The notes under the pieces are model-generated. The model searched no databases and was not told the origin of the DNA. It saw only the letters and a program-made list of their open reading frames with translations. Shown here in pieces: positions 26,983 to 36,488 of a stretch of 64,000 nt of DNA (position 1 is its first letter; the number at the start of each line of letters is the position of its first letter). The stretch covers positions 2,144,001-2,208,000 of the forward strand of contig OZ219754.1 in assembly GCA_964291295.2 (NCBI GenBank). Reading direction: 5' to 3'. Origin of the DNA: an uncultured Candidatus Binatia bacterium. GTDB lineage: Bacteria > Desulfobacterota > Binatia > UBA9968 > JAJDTQ01. The translations under genes were made by a program, and so were the position numbers.

Positions 26983-27837
26983 ATGAGGCCGTTCATGGGT
27001 AGCAAGACCGACGAGTTCAGCCAGCGCGCGCCGATCCGGTTGCAGGCCGCACCCCCCAGCCTCGCCCGCCTGGACATGGCCAGACGCGTGGGAAAGAAGA
27101 AGTATGAACGCAAGCTTGCCAAATGGCAGGACCGGCTCCGGGAGGTGTCTCTCGCCTATCGGGCCCAGCAGCGGCGTGCGGTGATCGTGTTCGAGGGGTG
27201 GGACGCCGCGGGCAAGGGCGGCACCATCCGGCGCATGGCGTGGCCGCTGGATCCGCGCGGGCTCAAGGTCTGGCCCATTGCCGCCCCCACCGCGGAAGAG
27301 CAGGGCCAGCACTATCTCTACCGTTTCTGGAAGCGGCTGCCGCGGCCCGGACAGATAGTGATCTTCGACCGCTCATGGTATGGGCGGGTGCTGGTGGAAC
27401 GGGTGGAGGGCTTCGCCAGCACCATCGAGTGGCAGCGCGCCTATGACGAGATCAATGAGTTCGAGCGCATGCTGGACGACGATGGCATCCGGCTCGTCAA
27501 GCTGTTCTTCCACATTACGTCCGAGGAGCAACGGGTGCGGTTTCGCCAGCGCCTGGCCGACCCGCTCAAGCAGTGGAAGCTCTCTCCCGAGGACTTCCGC
27601 AACCGGTCGCGTTGGGGGGAATACGAGGCGGCCATCGAGGAGATGTTCCGCAGGACCTCGACGGTGCCTCAACCGTGGACGGCCGTCCCCGGGAACGACA
27701 AGCGGTACGGCCGCCTTGTGGCCATGAAAGCGGTGGTGAAGCGGTTGACGGACGGCGTCGACACGAAGCCCGACTCCATCGATTCCGATTTCGAGGGCGA
27801 AGCGCGCAAGCTGCTGGACGTCGAAGAAGCGGGATGA
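26983..27837 (+). CDS. ppk2: Polyphosphate kinase 2 family protein
   Basis: FEGWDAAGKGGTI, IFDRSWYGRVLVERVEGF, WKLSPED. Confidence 0.93.
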   Translation: MRPFMGSKTDEFSQRAPIRLQAAPPSLARLDMARRVGKKKYERKLAKWQDRLREVSLAYRAQQRRAVIVFEGWDAAGKGGTIRRMAWPLDPRGLKVWPIAAPTAEEQGQHYLYRFWKRLPRPGQIVIFDRSWYGRVLVERVEGFASTIEWQRAYDEINEFERMLDDDGIRLVKLFFHITSEEQRVRFRQRLADPLKQWKLSPEDFRNRSRWGEYEAAIEEMFRRTSTVPQPWTAVPGNDKRYGRLVAMKAVVKRLTDGVDTKPDSIDSDFEGEARKLLDVEEAG

Positions 27838-27878
27838 GCCGGCCGGGCGTCCGCCGGGCAGGGAGGTTCGACAGGATC

Positions 27879-28532
27879 CTAGTGCGACACCTGGGCAATG
27901 GCCATGGTGATGGACTCTTCGATTTCGGCGATGACGCTGCCGACCTCGCGGCCGATGAGATCCATCATGCGGAGCTGCTCGATGCGGGGGCGGACCCGCT
28001 CCATCTCCCGTTCCGAGAAGATGTCGTTGAGAATGTCGCAGGCGTCCACCAGGCATATCAGGGCGACGTCCCGGGGGTCGGGCATGTCCTCGGACAGCAG
28101 CACGTCCTCCATGCGCAGCTTGACCCCGCGTTCCACGCGCCCGTCGATGGTGGGATAGCGCCGGGAATGGAACACCCACAGGAACTTCTTGTCCCGGGCT
28201 TCGAGGATGCCTGCATCAATGAGGCTTTCCATGGCCCGTTGACGGATGTCGGCGGCCTGTTCCCGTGCCAGCAGTTCCACCCACGCCTTGGTGCCCATCT
28301 CCTCCCCCGAGCGGGCGATTCGGTCCAGGGCTCCGTCCAGCAACGGATTGCCCGTGGGGGTCGCGTCGATCACTTGAAGTTTGTCGGGATCCGTGTCGAT
28401 GCGTTGAGCGAAGGCCAGATCCATCAGCACGGCGCCTGCCAGGATGTGCTCCACCGCCCCGCCCCGGATGGGCAGGAACAGTCCGTCGTCATCCAGCATC
28501 AACAGAAGGATTTCCTGGGTGAATGTCAGCAT
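27879..28532 (-). CDS. GPP34/GOLPH3 family protein
   Basis: MLTFTQEILLLMLDD, LAGAVLMDLAFAQRI, TPTGNPLLD, KFLWVFHSRRYP. Confidence 0.85.
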   Translation of the reverse strand: MLTFTQEILLLMLDDDGLFLPIRGGAVEHILAGAVLMDLAFAQRIDTDPDKLQVIDATPTGNPLLDGALDRIARSGEEMGTKAWVELLAREQAADIRQRAMESLIDAGILEARDKKFLWVFHSRRYPTIDGRVERGVKLRMEDVLLSEDMPDPRDVALICLVDACDILNDIFSEREMERVRPRIEQLRMMDLIGREVGSVIAEIEESITMAIAQVSH

Positions 28533-28545
28533 GGCGTCCCCGGAC

Positions 28546-28878
28546 CTATTCTGCCGCCAGGGCGGCGTCACGGGTTTCGTGGTATTCGAGCATGTTGAGG
28601 AAGCCGCTGACCTCCATGACCGATTTGCACGATGGCTGCAACGAGCATACCGTCAGCTTGCCGCCTTCCTTCTGGCACTTCTTCGCGCTGGTGAGAATCA
28701 CGCGCAGCCCGGCGCTGCTGATGTACTCCATGTTCTCGCAATCCAGCAGTACGTTATGGTCGCCGCGCTCAATGATTCCGGAGATCCGACTCTCGAGCTC
28801 CGGGCTGGTGAAACCGTCGACGCGTCCGCTCGGTGCCACGACCACCAGCGACCCTCTGCTTTCCTCCTGAATCTCCAT
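28546..28878 (-). CDS. STAS-domain anti-sigma factor antagonist
   Basis: GRVDG, LLDCENMEYISSAGLRV (phosphoacceptor Ser motif). Confidence 0.92.
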   Translation of the reverse strand: MEIQEESRGSLVVVAPSGRVDGFTSPELESRISGIIERGDHNVLLDCENMEYISSAGLRVILTSAKKCQKEGGKLTVCSLQPSCKSVMEVSGFLNMLEYHETRDAALAAE

Positions 28879-29135
28879 CCGTCACCCTTTTCTTCCGATT
28901 TCGAAGAACGTCTGTACAACCAAATGAAAACGGCAAAAACGCCACAGAAACGCCACGAATAAAACGTTCCGACGGTTGCCGCCCCGCCTTGGGTGGGCGG
29001 TCGACCGACGGGCGAAAATCAGCGGGATCAACCCTACCACACCAACGGGGCGCGGGCAACACGATCAGTTGCCGTAACCCGGCGGTCCGCTGACGCATTC
29101 GCCGGTGGCGGCGGTTCCGTGCCACCGGCGCACGG

Positions 29136-30707
29136 TCACGACTTTCCGGGCTCGAAGCCGCCCTGCTCGTGGTACACGACCTTTTTTTCTTCCTCGAAGG
29201 CCCGAACCGAGGGGATCGTCCCTCGCAGCCCGAGCTCCTTCCAGCGTTGCGCGACCTGCTCGTACATTTCCCGCCTCAGCGTCGTCCGCTTCGAGAAGAC
29301 CGGCAGGTAGCGGTGTTCCTTGCACGCGTTGATCAGCGCCTTGGAGCCGTAGGGACGCTCTTCCGGCGGGTTCTGGGTGGGGTCCAGCCAGGTGCTCCAG
29401 GTGTTGCGCAGGACATCGATGTCCTCAATGGGATTGCAACGGCTGCTCATGGCCCAGATCACCTGGTCCATGTCCGTGGGGTCGATGTCCTCGTCCACGG
29501 CGATGATCCATTTGGTATAGTACGCGCCGCCGGGCACCTGGGCCGCCAGCGCCAGGCACTGGGCCGCATGGCCGGCGTAGCGCTGCTCGAGACTGAGGAC
29601 CGTCATGCCGAAGCCGCCGGCGCCGGCGGGATGGGCGTAGACACCCTGAACCCCGGGCACGCCCAGCTTGTCCAGGTCGTCCCAGATGCGGGCCGACCGG
29701 ATGATGGCGAAGAAGCCGCTCTGTTCGTTGGATGGATAGTCCGCCATGATGGCGTTGGTGAGTACGGGCCGGGTGCGGTGGTGCACGCGCGTGATGTCCA
29801 CCAGCGGACAGCCGGCTTCCGGCCTGCCGTAGTATCCGGGAAACTCTCCGAAAGGCCCTTCGGTCCTCACCGAGTCGGGATGGATGACGCCCTCCACCAC
29901 CAGTTCGGCGTTGGCCGGCAGCAGCAGGTCGCTGGTCTGTGCCCGCACCACCGGTATCGGCTCGCCCTTGATGCCGCCGGCGAATTCGTACTCGGACACA
30001 TTCTTGGGGAAGGTCTGGGAGCCCACCAGCATGAACAGCGGATCGATGCCCCAGGCCGCCGCCACGGGCACGGACTCGCCCTTTTCCCAGCAGCGGGTGA
30101 TGTGAAGCCGTGCGTCCTTCCCCGGTGACAGGTAGAGCCCCACCTGGTTCCGGCTCTGGAACATCATCCGGTAGGTGCCGATGTTCAGGTATCCGGAGTC
30201 CGGATCGCGGGTGAAGACCGCATCGGCCGTGCCGGCATAGCGGCCCCCGTCGAGCGGCCAGTGCCGCGGGATCGGCAGTTGCTCCAGGTCGATGTCGGCC
30301 CCTGCCAGGGTGTTCTCGAACAACGGCGCCTCGGCGGGCGACACCTCGCGCGGCGGAATCCGCTGCTTCATCTTGTCCTTGAGCCGCCGGATCAGCTCCA
30401 GCGTCGGCGTCTCGGGCGGCTCCTCGATGGTCAGCGCGATGCGTTTCGGGCTGGGGCCCAGGATGTTCCACAGCATCCGCGCTGCGATGGGGCTGTCGTC
30501 ATACCCCCTGGGGTTCTCGAACAGGATGGCCGGGGACGGGTTCTGCTTGGCCACCAGGTAGGTGATGGCGCTCATCTCCTCGTCCCGGTCCACCGGTTTG
30601 TCGATCTGGATCAGTTCGTTGATTCCTTCCGCGCGGTCCAGCCACTCGCGGATGTCCTGAATCGGATGCGCGCCGGACGCCGACGCCGGCCTGTTCGCCT
30701 CGGCCAT
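29136..30707 (-). CDS. UbiD family prFMN-dependent decarboxylase
   Basis: DGGRYAGT, NIGTYRMM, AELVVEG, EGPFGEFPGYY, IIAVDEDIDP. Confidence 0.93.
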   Translation of the reverse strand: MAEANRPASASGAHPIQDIREWLDRAEGINELIQIDKPVDRDEEMSAITYLVAKQNPSPAILFENPRGYDDSPIAARMLWNILGPSPKRIALTIEEPPETPTLELIRRLKDKMKQRIPPREVSPAEAPLFENTLAGADIDLEQLPIPRHWPLDGGRYAGTADAVFTRDPDSGYLNIGTYRMMFQSRNQVGLYLSPGKDARLHITRCWEKGESVPVAAAWGIDPLFMLVGSQTFPKNVSEYEFAGGIKGEPIPVVRAQTSDLLLPANAELVVEGVIHPDSVRTEGPFGEFPGYYGRPEAGCPLVDITRVHHRTRPVLTNAIMADYPSNEQSGFFAIIRSARIWDDLDKLGVPGVQGVYAHPAGAGGFGMTVLSLEQRYAGHAAQCLALAAQVPGGAYYTKWIIAVDEDIDPTDMDQVIWAMSSRCNPIEDIDVLRNTWSTWLDPTQNPPEERPYGSKALINACKEHRYLPVFSKRTTLRREMYEQVAQRWKELGLRGTIPSVRAFEEEKKVVYHEQGGFEPGKS

Positions 30708-30781
30708 GTTTCACCTTCCTCGTCGTTTCGATGGTTCCGTTCCCGGTCGGCCGCATCCCGCTTCCGGGGGTGAGTCCGACA

Positions 30782-31546
30782 TCAGTCTTTCAGTTCGTCC
30801 GGCATGAGGCCGGCGAAATATGCGAATGCATGATGGGCGCGGCCGCGGTTGGTCGCCGCCATGATGGCGGTGTTGCGGTCCGGCATGGAGGCGGCCTGGC
30901 CCACGCTGCTGGCCACCCACTGCATGTAGGCGGTGCGTTCCAGGTAGATGGCGTGGAAGGCGGCCTGCTCCACGGTGTCGCCCACGGTCGTGATGCCGTG
31001 TCCCTGCATCAGCAGTGCCATGCGGTCGCCAAGCGTCGCCGCCACCTCGGTCCCGTCCCGCACGGTATAGATCAGGCGGGGGCTGTGGAAGATGGGCGTC
31101 TCCGGGGCGAAGGCGGCAGCCTGATTGTAGATGGGCCGGATGGGCACACCCGCGATGGCGAAGGCCGTGGCCAGCGGCTGGTGCGTGTGGACCACCGAGC
31201 CGACGTCCGGCCGCGCTTCGTAGATGGCCGCGTGGATCATGGTCTCGCGGGGCGGGGTCCTGAGCTTGATCGCGGCCTTCTGGTCGCCGGCCTTGGCCCA
31301 GTTGGCCTCGCAGTTCTTCTTGTAGTCGTCGATGTCCACCTCCATGATGTCCTTGCCGCGGATCGATCCCAGCGGTGCCAGCACAGGCTTGATCAGCAGC
31401 CGGTTGGTGCCGGGAATCCGCGCGCTGACGTGGCCGTGGTAGTCGGCAAGACCCTGGTCGAAAAGCATGCGCGTCGCCAGCGCCACGGTCTTCCTGAGCC
31501 GCCCGAGTGCGCGCGTGCCGCGTCTCTTCTGTTGTGACTTGGCCAT
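30782..31546 (-). CDS. Class II aldolase/adducin family protein
   Basis: GHVSARIP, ETMIHAAIYEARPDVGSVVHTH, LLMQGHG. Confidence 0.92.
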   Translation of the reverse strand: MAKSQQKRRGTRALGRLRKTVALATRMLFDQGLADYHGHVSARIPGTNRLLIKPVLAPLGSIRGKDIMEVDIDDYKKNCEANWAKAGDQKAAIKLRTPPRETMIHAAIYEARPDVGSVVHTHQPLATAFAIAGVPIRPIYNQAAAFAPETPIFHSPRLIYTVRDGTEVAATLGDRMALLMQGHGITTVGDTVEQAAFHAIYLERTAYMQWVASSVGQAASMPDRNTAIMAATNRGRAHHAFAYFAGLMPDELKD

Positions 31547-31865
31547 GGAGGTACCTCCTCGATAATGCCGAACCGGGCCCCGCGTCCGGACTGGCTGCTC
31601 ACAGGGACGAACGGCAAGGCGGAACGCTGCTTCGGCGGGAGTGATACCGGGCGGAGTACCCTCGGAAAACGGCTTTTCATATCACACGGGGTCTTGTGAA
31701 TCCAGCCGGCTTCCGTGGACTCCCGGCGCGCCTTTGTGCTAGAAATGCTCCGGCAGGGATTCAGGAAGGGAACGATCCTCTCGACGCCCGCCTCATCGGC
31801 CCGGATCAATACTCCTGCAGGGTTTCAGCGCTCCGAAAGTCGCTTGCCGGCAGGCAGGGGACGAA

Positions 31866-31901
31866 TCTGGACCAGGCTCTGGACCAGATTCCGGACCAGG
31901 T
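31866..31901 (+). repeat. Three imperfect 12-bp tandem repeats directly upstream of ileS
   Basis: TCTGGACCAGGC TCTGGACCAGAT TCCGGACCAGGT. Confidence 0.75.
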
Positions 31902-31912
31902 TGACGAAGTTC

Positions 31913-34801
31913 ATGGACTACAAAGAGACGCTCAATCTTCCCAGGACCACGTTCCCGATGCGCGGCAACCTGCCGCAGAAGGAGCCGGCGCGGGTCGAGA
32001 AGTGGGAGCGCGAGGGGATTCACGACAAGATGGTGGAGGCCCGCCGGGGTGCTCCCGGGTTCATCCTGCACGACGGTCCGCCCTACGCCAACGAGCGCAT
32101 TCACATCGGCCACGCCCTCAACAAGATCCTCAAGGACATCATCGTCAAGTACAAGAGCATGCGGGGCTACCGCACGCCCTACATCCCGGGCTGGGACTGT
32201 CACGGGCTCCCCATCGAGCTCCAGGTGGAGAAGAGCCTGGGCCGGGACAGGAAGAACCGGCTCAGCAAGGTGGAGGTGCGCAGGCTGTGCCGCGCCCACG
32301 CGGAGAAGTTCATCGGCGTGCAGCGGGAGGAGTTCAAGCGGCTGGGGGTGCTGGGGCGCTGGGCGGAGCCCTACCGGACCATCGACTTCGAGTACGAGGC
32401 CACCGAGATCCGGGAACTTGGCAAGTTCATGGCCCGCGGCGCCATGTACCGCAGCAGGAAGCCGGTCTACTGGTGCGCCTCCTGCGCCACCGCGCTGGCC
32501 GAGGCCGAGGTGGAGTACGACAACCAGCGGACGCCGGCGGTCTACGTCAAGTTTCCCATCAAGGACGCAAAGGGGAAGCTGCCGGACGACCCGGACGGCG
32601 CCTTCGCCATCTGGACCACCACCCCCTGGACACTCCCGGCCAACCAGGCCATCGCCCTGCACCCGCAGATGCGCTACCGGCGGGTCCGCACCCGCGCCGG
32701 CGTGCTGGTGGCGGCGGAGGAGCTGCTGCCGTCGCTGATGGAAGCCTTGGGACATGAGGCCGGCGCCTTTGAGGTGCTGGAGGGTTCCTGGTCCGGAGCC
32801 GCGCTGGAGGGCATCGTGTGTGCGCACGCGTGGCTGGAGCGGGATGTCCGGGTCATTCTCGGAGAGTTCGTGACCGCGGAGCAGGGCACGGGCTGCGTCC
32901 ACGTGGCGCCGGGACACGGGCATGAGGACTTCGAGGCGGGCCGGCGCTACGGTCTGGACGCGTACGCGCCGGTGGACGGCAACGGCCGGTTCACCGCCGA
33001 GGTCGGGGAGTTCGAGGGCGAGATGGTGTTCGACGCCAATCCGCGCATCGTCGCCAGGCTGGCGGAAGCGGAGCGGCTGCTCGGGTCCGAGGACATCGAC
33101 CACAGCTATCCCCACTGCTGGCGTTGCAAGCAGCCCGTTCTGTTCCGTGCCACCGACCAGTGGTTCATCTCCATGGCTCACGCAGGTCTGCGGCAGGGCT
33201 CCCTCGACGCCATCGATCAGGTGAAGTGGATTCCTCCCTGGGGGCGGGACCGCATCACCGGGATGATGGCCAACCGCCCGGACTGGTGCATCTCCCGGCA
33301 GCGTTGCTGGGGTGTGCCGATCCCGGTGCTGTACTGCCGGGACTGCGGCGGCGCGAACCTGAGCGAGGAGCTGTGCGAGCATGTCGCCGGACTGTTCGAG
33401 AAGGAAGGATCGGACGCGTGGTTTCTGAGGTCTCCGGAAGAGCTGGCGCCACCGGGGTTCCGTTGCCGGAGCTGCGGCTCTGCCCGCTTCTCCAGGGAGG
33501 AGGATATCCTGGATGTCTGGTTCGACTCCGGCGTGAGCCACGCCTCGGTGGTGGAACGCCGCCCGGAACTGGGCGGCAGGGCAGACCTCTATCTCGAAGG
33601 CAGCGACCAGCACCGGGGCTGGTTCCACACCTCGCTCCTCACGTCGGTGGCGAACCGGGGCCGCGCACCCTACGACGCCGTCCTGACCCACGGCTTCGTG
33701 CTCGACGGCAAGGGACACAAGATGTCCAAGTCCCTGGGCAACGTCACGGCGCCCCAGGAGATCATCAGGAAGTTCGGCGCCGACATCATCCGGCTCTGGG
33801 TGGCCGCCGAGGATTACCGCGACGACGTGCGCATTTCCGATGAGATCCTGAGCCGGCTGGTGGAGTCGTACCGGCGGCTGCGCAACACCGCCCGTTTCCT
33901 CATCGGCAACTTGCACGACTTCGATCCCGCCACCGACGCGGTGAGCGCCGGCGCGCTGGAGCCTCTGGACCGCTGGGTCCTCGACCGCACCCAGCGGCTG
34001 CTGGGACGCTGCCTCGAGGCCCTGGACCGGTTCGAGTTCCATACCGTCTACCATGCGCTGAACAATTACTGCAGCGTGGACCTGAGCTCCCTCTACCTGG
34101 ACATCGTCAAGGACCGACTCTATTGCGAGGGGCGCCGTTCGCCCGCCCGGCGGTCCGCCCAGACCGCGATCCACCATGTCCTGCAGACCCTGGTCCATCT
34201 GATGGCGCCCATCCTCTCCTTCACCGCCGAGGAGATCTGGGAGCATGTGGGCGGCCCGGACAGCATCCTGCTTTCGCCCATGCCGGAACCGGACGAGAGC
34301 CTGTCGGCCACCCCGGCGTTTGCCGCCGACTGGGAGCGGCGCCTCGACTTGCGCGGCGAAGTGCTGAAGGCGCTGGAGGTGGCGCGCCAGTGCGGTGCCA
34401 TCGGCCATTCCCTGGATGCGCGGGTGATGTTGTATCCCGACGCCTACGGCCGGGTGCCGGCCATACAGGCGCTGTTGCGCGGCGGCGCGCCGATGCCCTG
34501 GGAGGACATGTTCATCGTCTCGCAGGTGTCGGTGGCCGCGGGAGAGCCGCCGGCCGCCCTTGTCTATCCGGAGCCCGCGGCAGGGGACGGGAGCGTGGAC
34601 GCCGCCGCCGGCCCGGGGACCGGTTATCGGAGCGCCTTTCTGGGCGGGGCCATCGCCGTCTACCCGGCGCAGGGCGAGAAATGCCAGCGGTGCTGGAAGT
34701 ACCACGCCGCGGTGGGAGCGGATGCCGCCCATCCGCAGGTCTGTCCCCGTTGCGCGGAGGTGTTACGATCTTTACCGCAGGCCGAAAGCGCACACGCATA
34801 G
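31913..34801 (+). CDS. ileS: Isoleucine--tRNA ligase (type 1)
   Basis: MDYKETLNLP, HDGPPYAN..HIGH, WTTTPWT, DWCISRQR, KMSKS, C-terminal CQRC...CPRC zinc motif. Confidence 0.98.
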   Translation: MDYKETLNLPRTTFPMRGNLPQKEPARVEKWEREGIHDKMVEARRGAPGFILHDGPPYANERIHIGHALNKILKDIIVKYKSMRGYRTPYIPGWDCHGLPIELQVEKSLGRDRKNRLSKVEVRRLCRAHAEKFIGVQREEFKRLGVLGRWAEPYRTIDFEYEATEIRELGKFMARGAMYRSRKPVYWCASCATALAEAEVEYDNQRTPAVYVKFPIKDAKGKLPDDPDGAFAIWTTTPWTLPANQAIALHPQMRYRRVRTRAGVLVAAEELLPSLMEALGHEAGAFEVLEGSWSGAALEGIVCAHAWLERDVRVILGEFVTAEQGTGCVHVAPGHGHEDFEAGRRYGLDAYAPVDGNGRFTAEVGEFEGEMVFDANPRIVARLAEAERLLGSEDIDHSYPHCWRCKQPVLFRATDQWFISMAHAGLRQGSLDAIDQVKWIPPWGRDRITGMMANRPDWCISRQRCWGVPIPVLYCRDCGGANLSEELCEHVAGLFEKEGSDAWFLRSPEELAPPGFRCRSCGSARFSREEDILDVWFDSGVSHASVVERRPELGGRADLYLEGSDQHRGWFHTSLLTSVANRGRAPYDAVLTHGFVLDGKGHKMSKSLGNVTAPQEIIRKFGADIIRLWVAAEDYRDDVRISDEILSRLVESYRRLRNTARFLIGNLHDFDPATDAVSAGALEPLDRWVLDRTQRLLGRCLEALDRFEFHTVYHALNNYCSVDLSSLYLDIVKDRLYCEGRRSPARRSAQTAIHHVLQTLVHLMAPILSFTAEEIWEHVGGPDSILLSPMPEPDESLSATPAFAADWERRLDLRGEVLKALEVARQCGAIGHSLDARVMLYPDAYGRVPAIQALLRGGAPMPWEDMFIVSQVSVAAGEPPAALVYPEPAAGDGSVDAAAGPGTGYRSAFLGGAIAVYPAQGEKCQRCWKYHAAVGADAAHPQVCPRCAEVLRSLPQAESAHA

Positions 34802-35289
34802 TCGCCCTGCTGGCGGCCATCGTGTTGCTCGATCAGGGCACCAAGCTGCTCGTGCATCAGGCGATTCCGCTGCATCACTCGATTCCTGTGGTGGCAGGCT
34901 GGGTGGACCTGACCCACGTCCGCAACACCGGGGCCGCCTTCGGTCTGCTTGCGGGCGGCCGCCGGGCGCTGGCTTCCTACTTCCTGATCGCCTTTTCGCT
35001 GGTGGCCGTCGGTTTCCTGATCCATCTTCTTCGCCGCCTTTCGGACACGGACACCGGGCTCATCCTGTCGTTGACGTTCATTCTGGCGGGGGCTTTGGGG
35101 AACCTGGTGGACCGCCTGTTCCACGGCGAGGTGATCGATTTCGTCGACGTTTACTGGAATGCCTGGCATTGGCCGGCGTTCAACGTGGCGGACAGCTTCA
35201 TCACCGTCGGCGCCGTGCTGTGCGCCTGTTGCCTCCTGCGGACCCGGGGCCGGGATCCGTTCGCTCCGCCGCCGCGGAGCGGCACCTGA
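34750..35289 (+). CDS. lspA: Lipoprotein signal peptidase II
   Basis: LLDQGTK, NTGAAFG, GALGNLVDR, VIDF, WPAFNVAD; follows ileS. Start uncertain. Confidence 0.95.
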   Translation: MRGGVTIFTAGRKRTRIVALLAAIVLLDQGTKLLVHQAIPLHHSIPVVAGWVDLTHVRNTGAAFGLLAGGRRALASYFLIAFSLVAVGFLIHLLRRLSDTDTGLILSLTFILAGALGNLVDRLFHGEVIDFVDVYWNAWHWPAFNVADSFITVGAVLCACCLLRTRGRDPFAPPPRSGT

Positions 35290-35294
35290 GGCCC

Positions 35295-36065
35295 ATGCTC
35301 ATGGAACAGCAGGTTACGTTCGGCAACGGCAGGGGCGAGCGGCTGGCGGGGGTGCTCCATCCGCCGCGGGGAACCGCCACCGGTTTCGGCGTGATCCTGT
35401 GCCACGGCATGGAGTCGAGCAAGGAAAGTCTCAAGCTCCTGCAACTGAGCGCGTCCCTGAGCGGCGCCGGCCACGCGGTGCTGCGCTTCGATTTCACCGG
35501 CGCCGGTGAGTCCTCCGGCGACTTCGAGTCCATCACCTGTACGCGGCAGGTGGACGACCTCGCGGCCGCCCACGAACGGTTGAAGGAACGCGGGACCGCC
35601 GAGGTGGGGATCGTCGGCTCCAGCATGGGCGGCACCACGGCGCTGCTCTACGCGGCGGCCGCGGACGGCGTGGCGGCGCTGGTGACCCTGGCGGCTCCGT
35701 TCGATCCGCGGGCGCTGCTGGAACGGGACTTTCCCCCCGGCGCGGTGGCGCGTTGGCGCGCCCGGGGATTCATCGAGTTCGGCGACCGTCGCCTCAAGAC
35801 GGACTTCCTCGAAGAGGCGCTCACCCTGGACGTCGCCGCGGCGGTGGCGCGGATCACCTGTCCGGTGCGGGTGATCCACGGCGGCGCCGACGCCACCGTG
35901 CCGGTGGAACAGGCCCGGGCGCTCCACGCCGCGCTTCCCGGTGAGAAGGCGTTGCACATCTTCCCGGATGCCGATCACCGCTTTACCGCACCGGACCATC
36001 GCGAAGCGGCCTTGGGCCTGGCGGAAGAGTGGCTTGGCCGGCACCTGAGGAGGGCCGCGGGGTGA
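35295..36065 (+). CDS. Alpha/beta hydrolase
   Basis: LCHGMES, LRFDFTGAGESSG, GSSMGG nucleophile, IHGGADATVP, ADHRF. Confidence 0.9.
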   Translation: MLMEQQVTFGNGRGERLAGVLHPPRGTATGFGVILCHGMESSKESLKLLQLSASLSGAGHAVLRFDFTGAGESSGDFESITCTRQVDDLAAAHERLKERGTAEVGIVGSSMGGTTALLYAAAADGVAALVTLAAPFDPRALLERDFPPGAVARWRARGFIEFGDRRLKTDFLEEALTLDVAAAVARITCPVRVIHGGADATVPVEQARALHAALPGEKALHIFPDADHRFTAPDHREAALGLAEEWLGRHLRRAAG

Positions 36066-36460
36066 CCCGGCTCGGCGCCCTGTGCGTGGCGGGCCTGCTG
36101 GCCTTGGCCGGCTGCGGGAGCGAAGGCGATGCCACGGCCCGGGGAGCGGCGGAGGCTTTCCTGGACTGGCACTACGTGGAGATCGACCTGCTCCGGTCCA
36201 GGGAGTACACGGTGGGGTTGGCCCGGAGCAAGGTGGACAAGCAGATCCGGCTGACCTCCGGCCATGCCATCGACGCCGGCACCCGCAAGCCCCGGGTCTA
36301 CTACAATCTGCTGGAACAGAGGGACGCCGGCCGGCGCACGGCCTTCGTCTATCGGCTCACCATTCGGCCGGACGACGCCGGCGAGTTCTCCCGCAGGCTG
36401 CTCATCCGGGTGCGCCAGGAGTCGGCGGGCTGGCGGGTGACCAACTACATGGAATACTGA
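36062..36460 (+). CDS. Hypothetical lipoprotein
   Basis: GTGA overlap with the upstream stop; lipobox LAGC. Confidence 0.75.
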   Translation: MTRLGALCVAGLLALAGCGSEGDATARGAAEAFLDWHYVEIDLLRSREYTVGLARSKVDKQIRLTSGHAIDAGTRKPRVYYNLLEQRDAGRRTAFVYRLTIRPDDAGEFSRRLLIRVRQESAGWRVTNYMEY

Positions 36461-36488
36461 CGTGCCTCCTGGTATGAGAACAGGTGCG

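Noticed and set aside
31547-31912. T-box leader upstream of ileS
   Set aside because: No T-box consensus (GGTGGNACCGCG) or terminator/antiterminator pair is visible.
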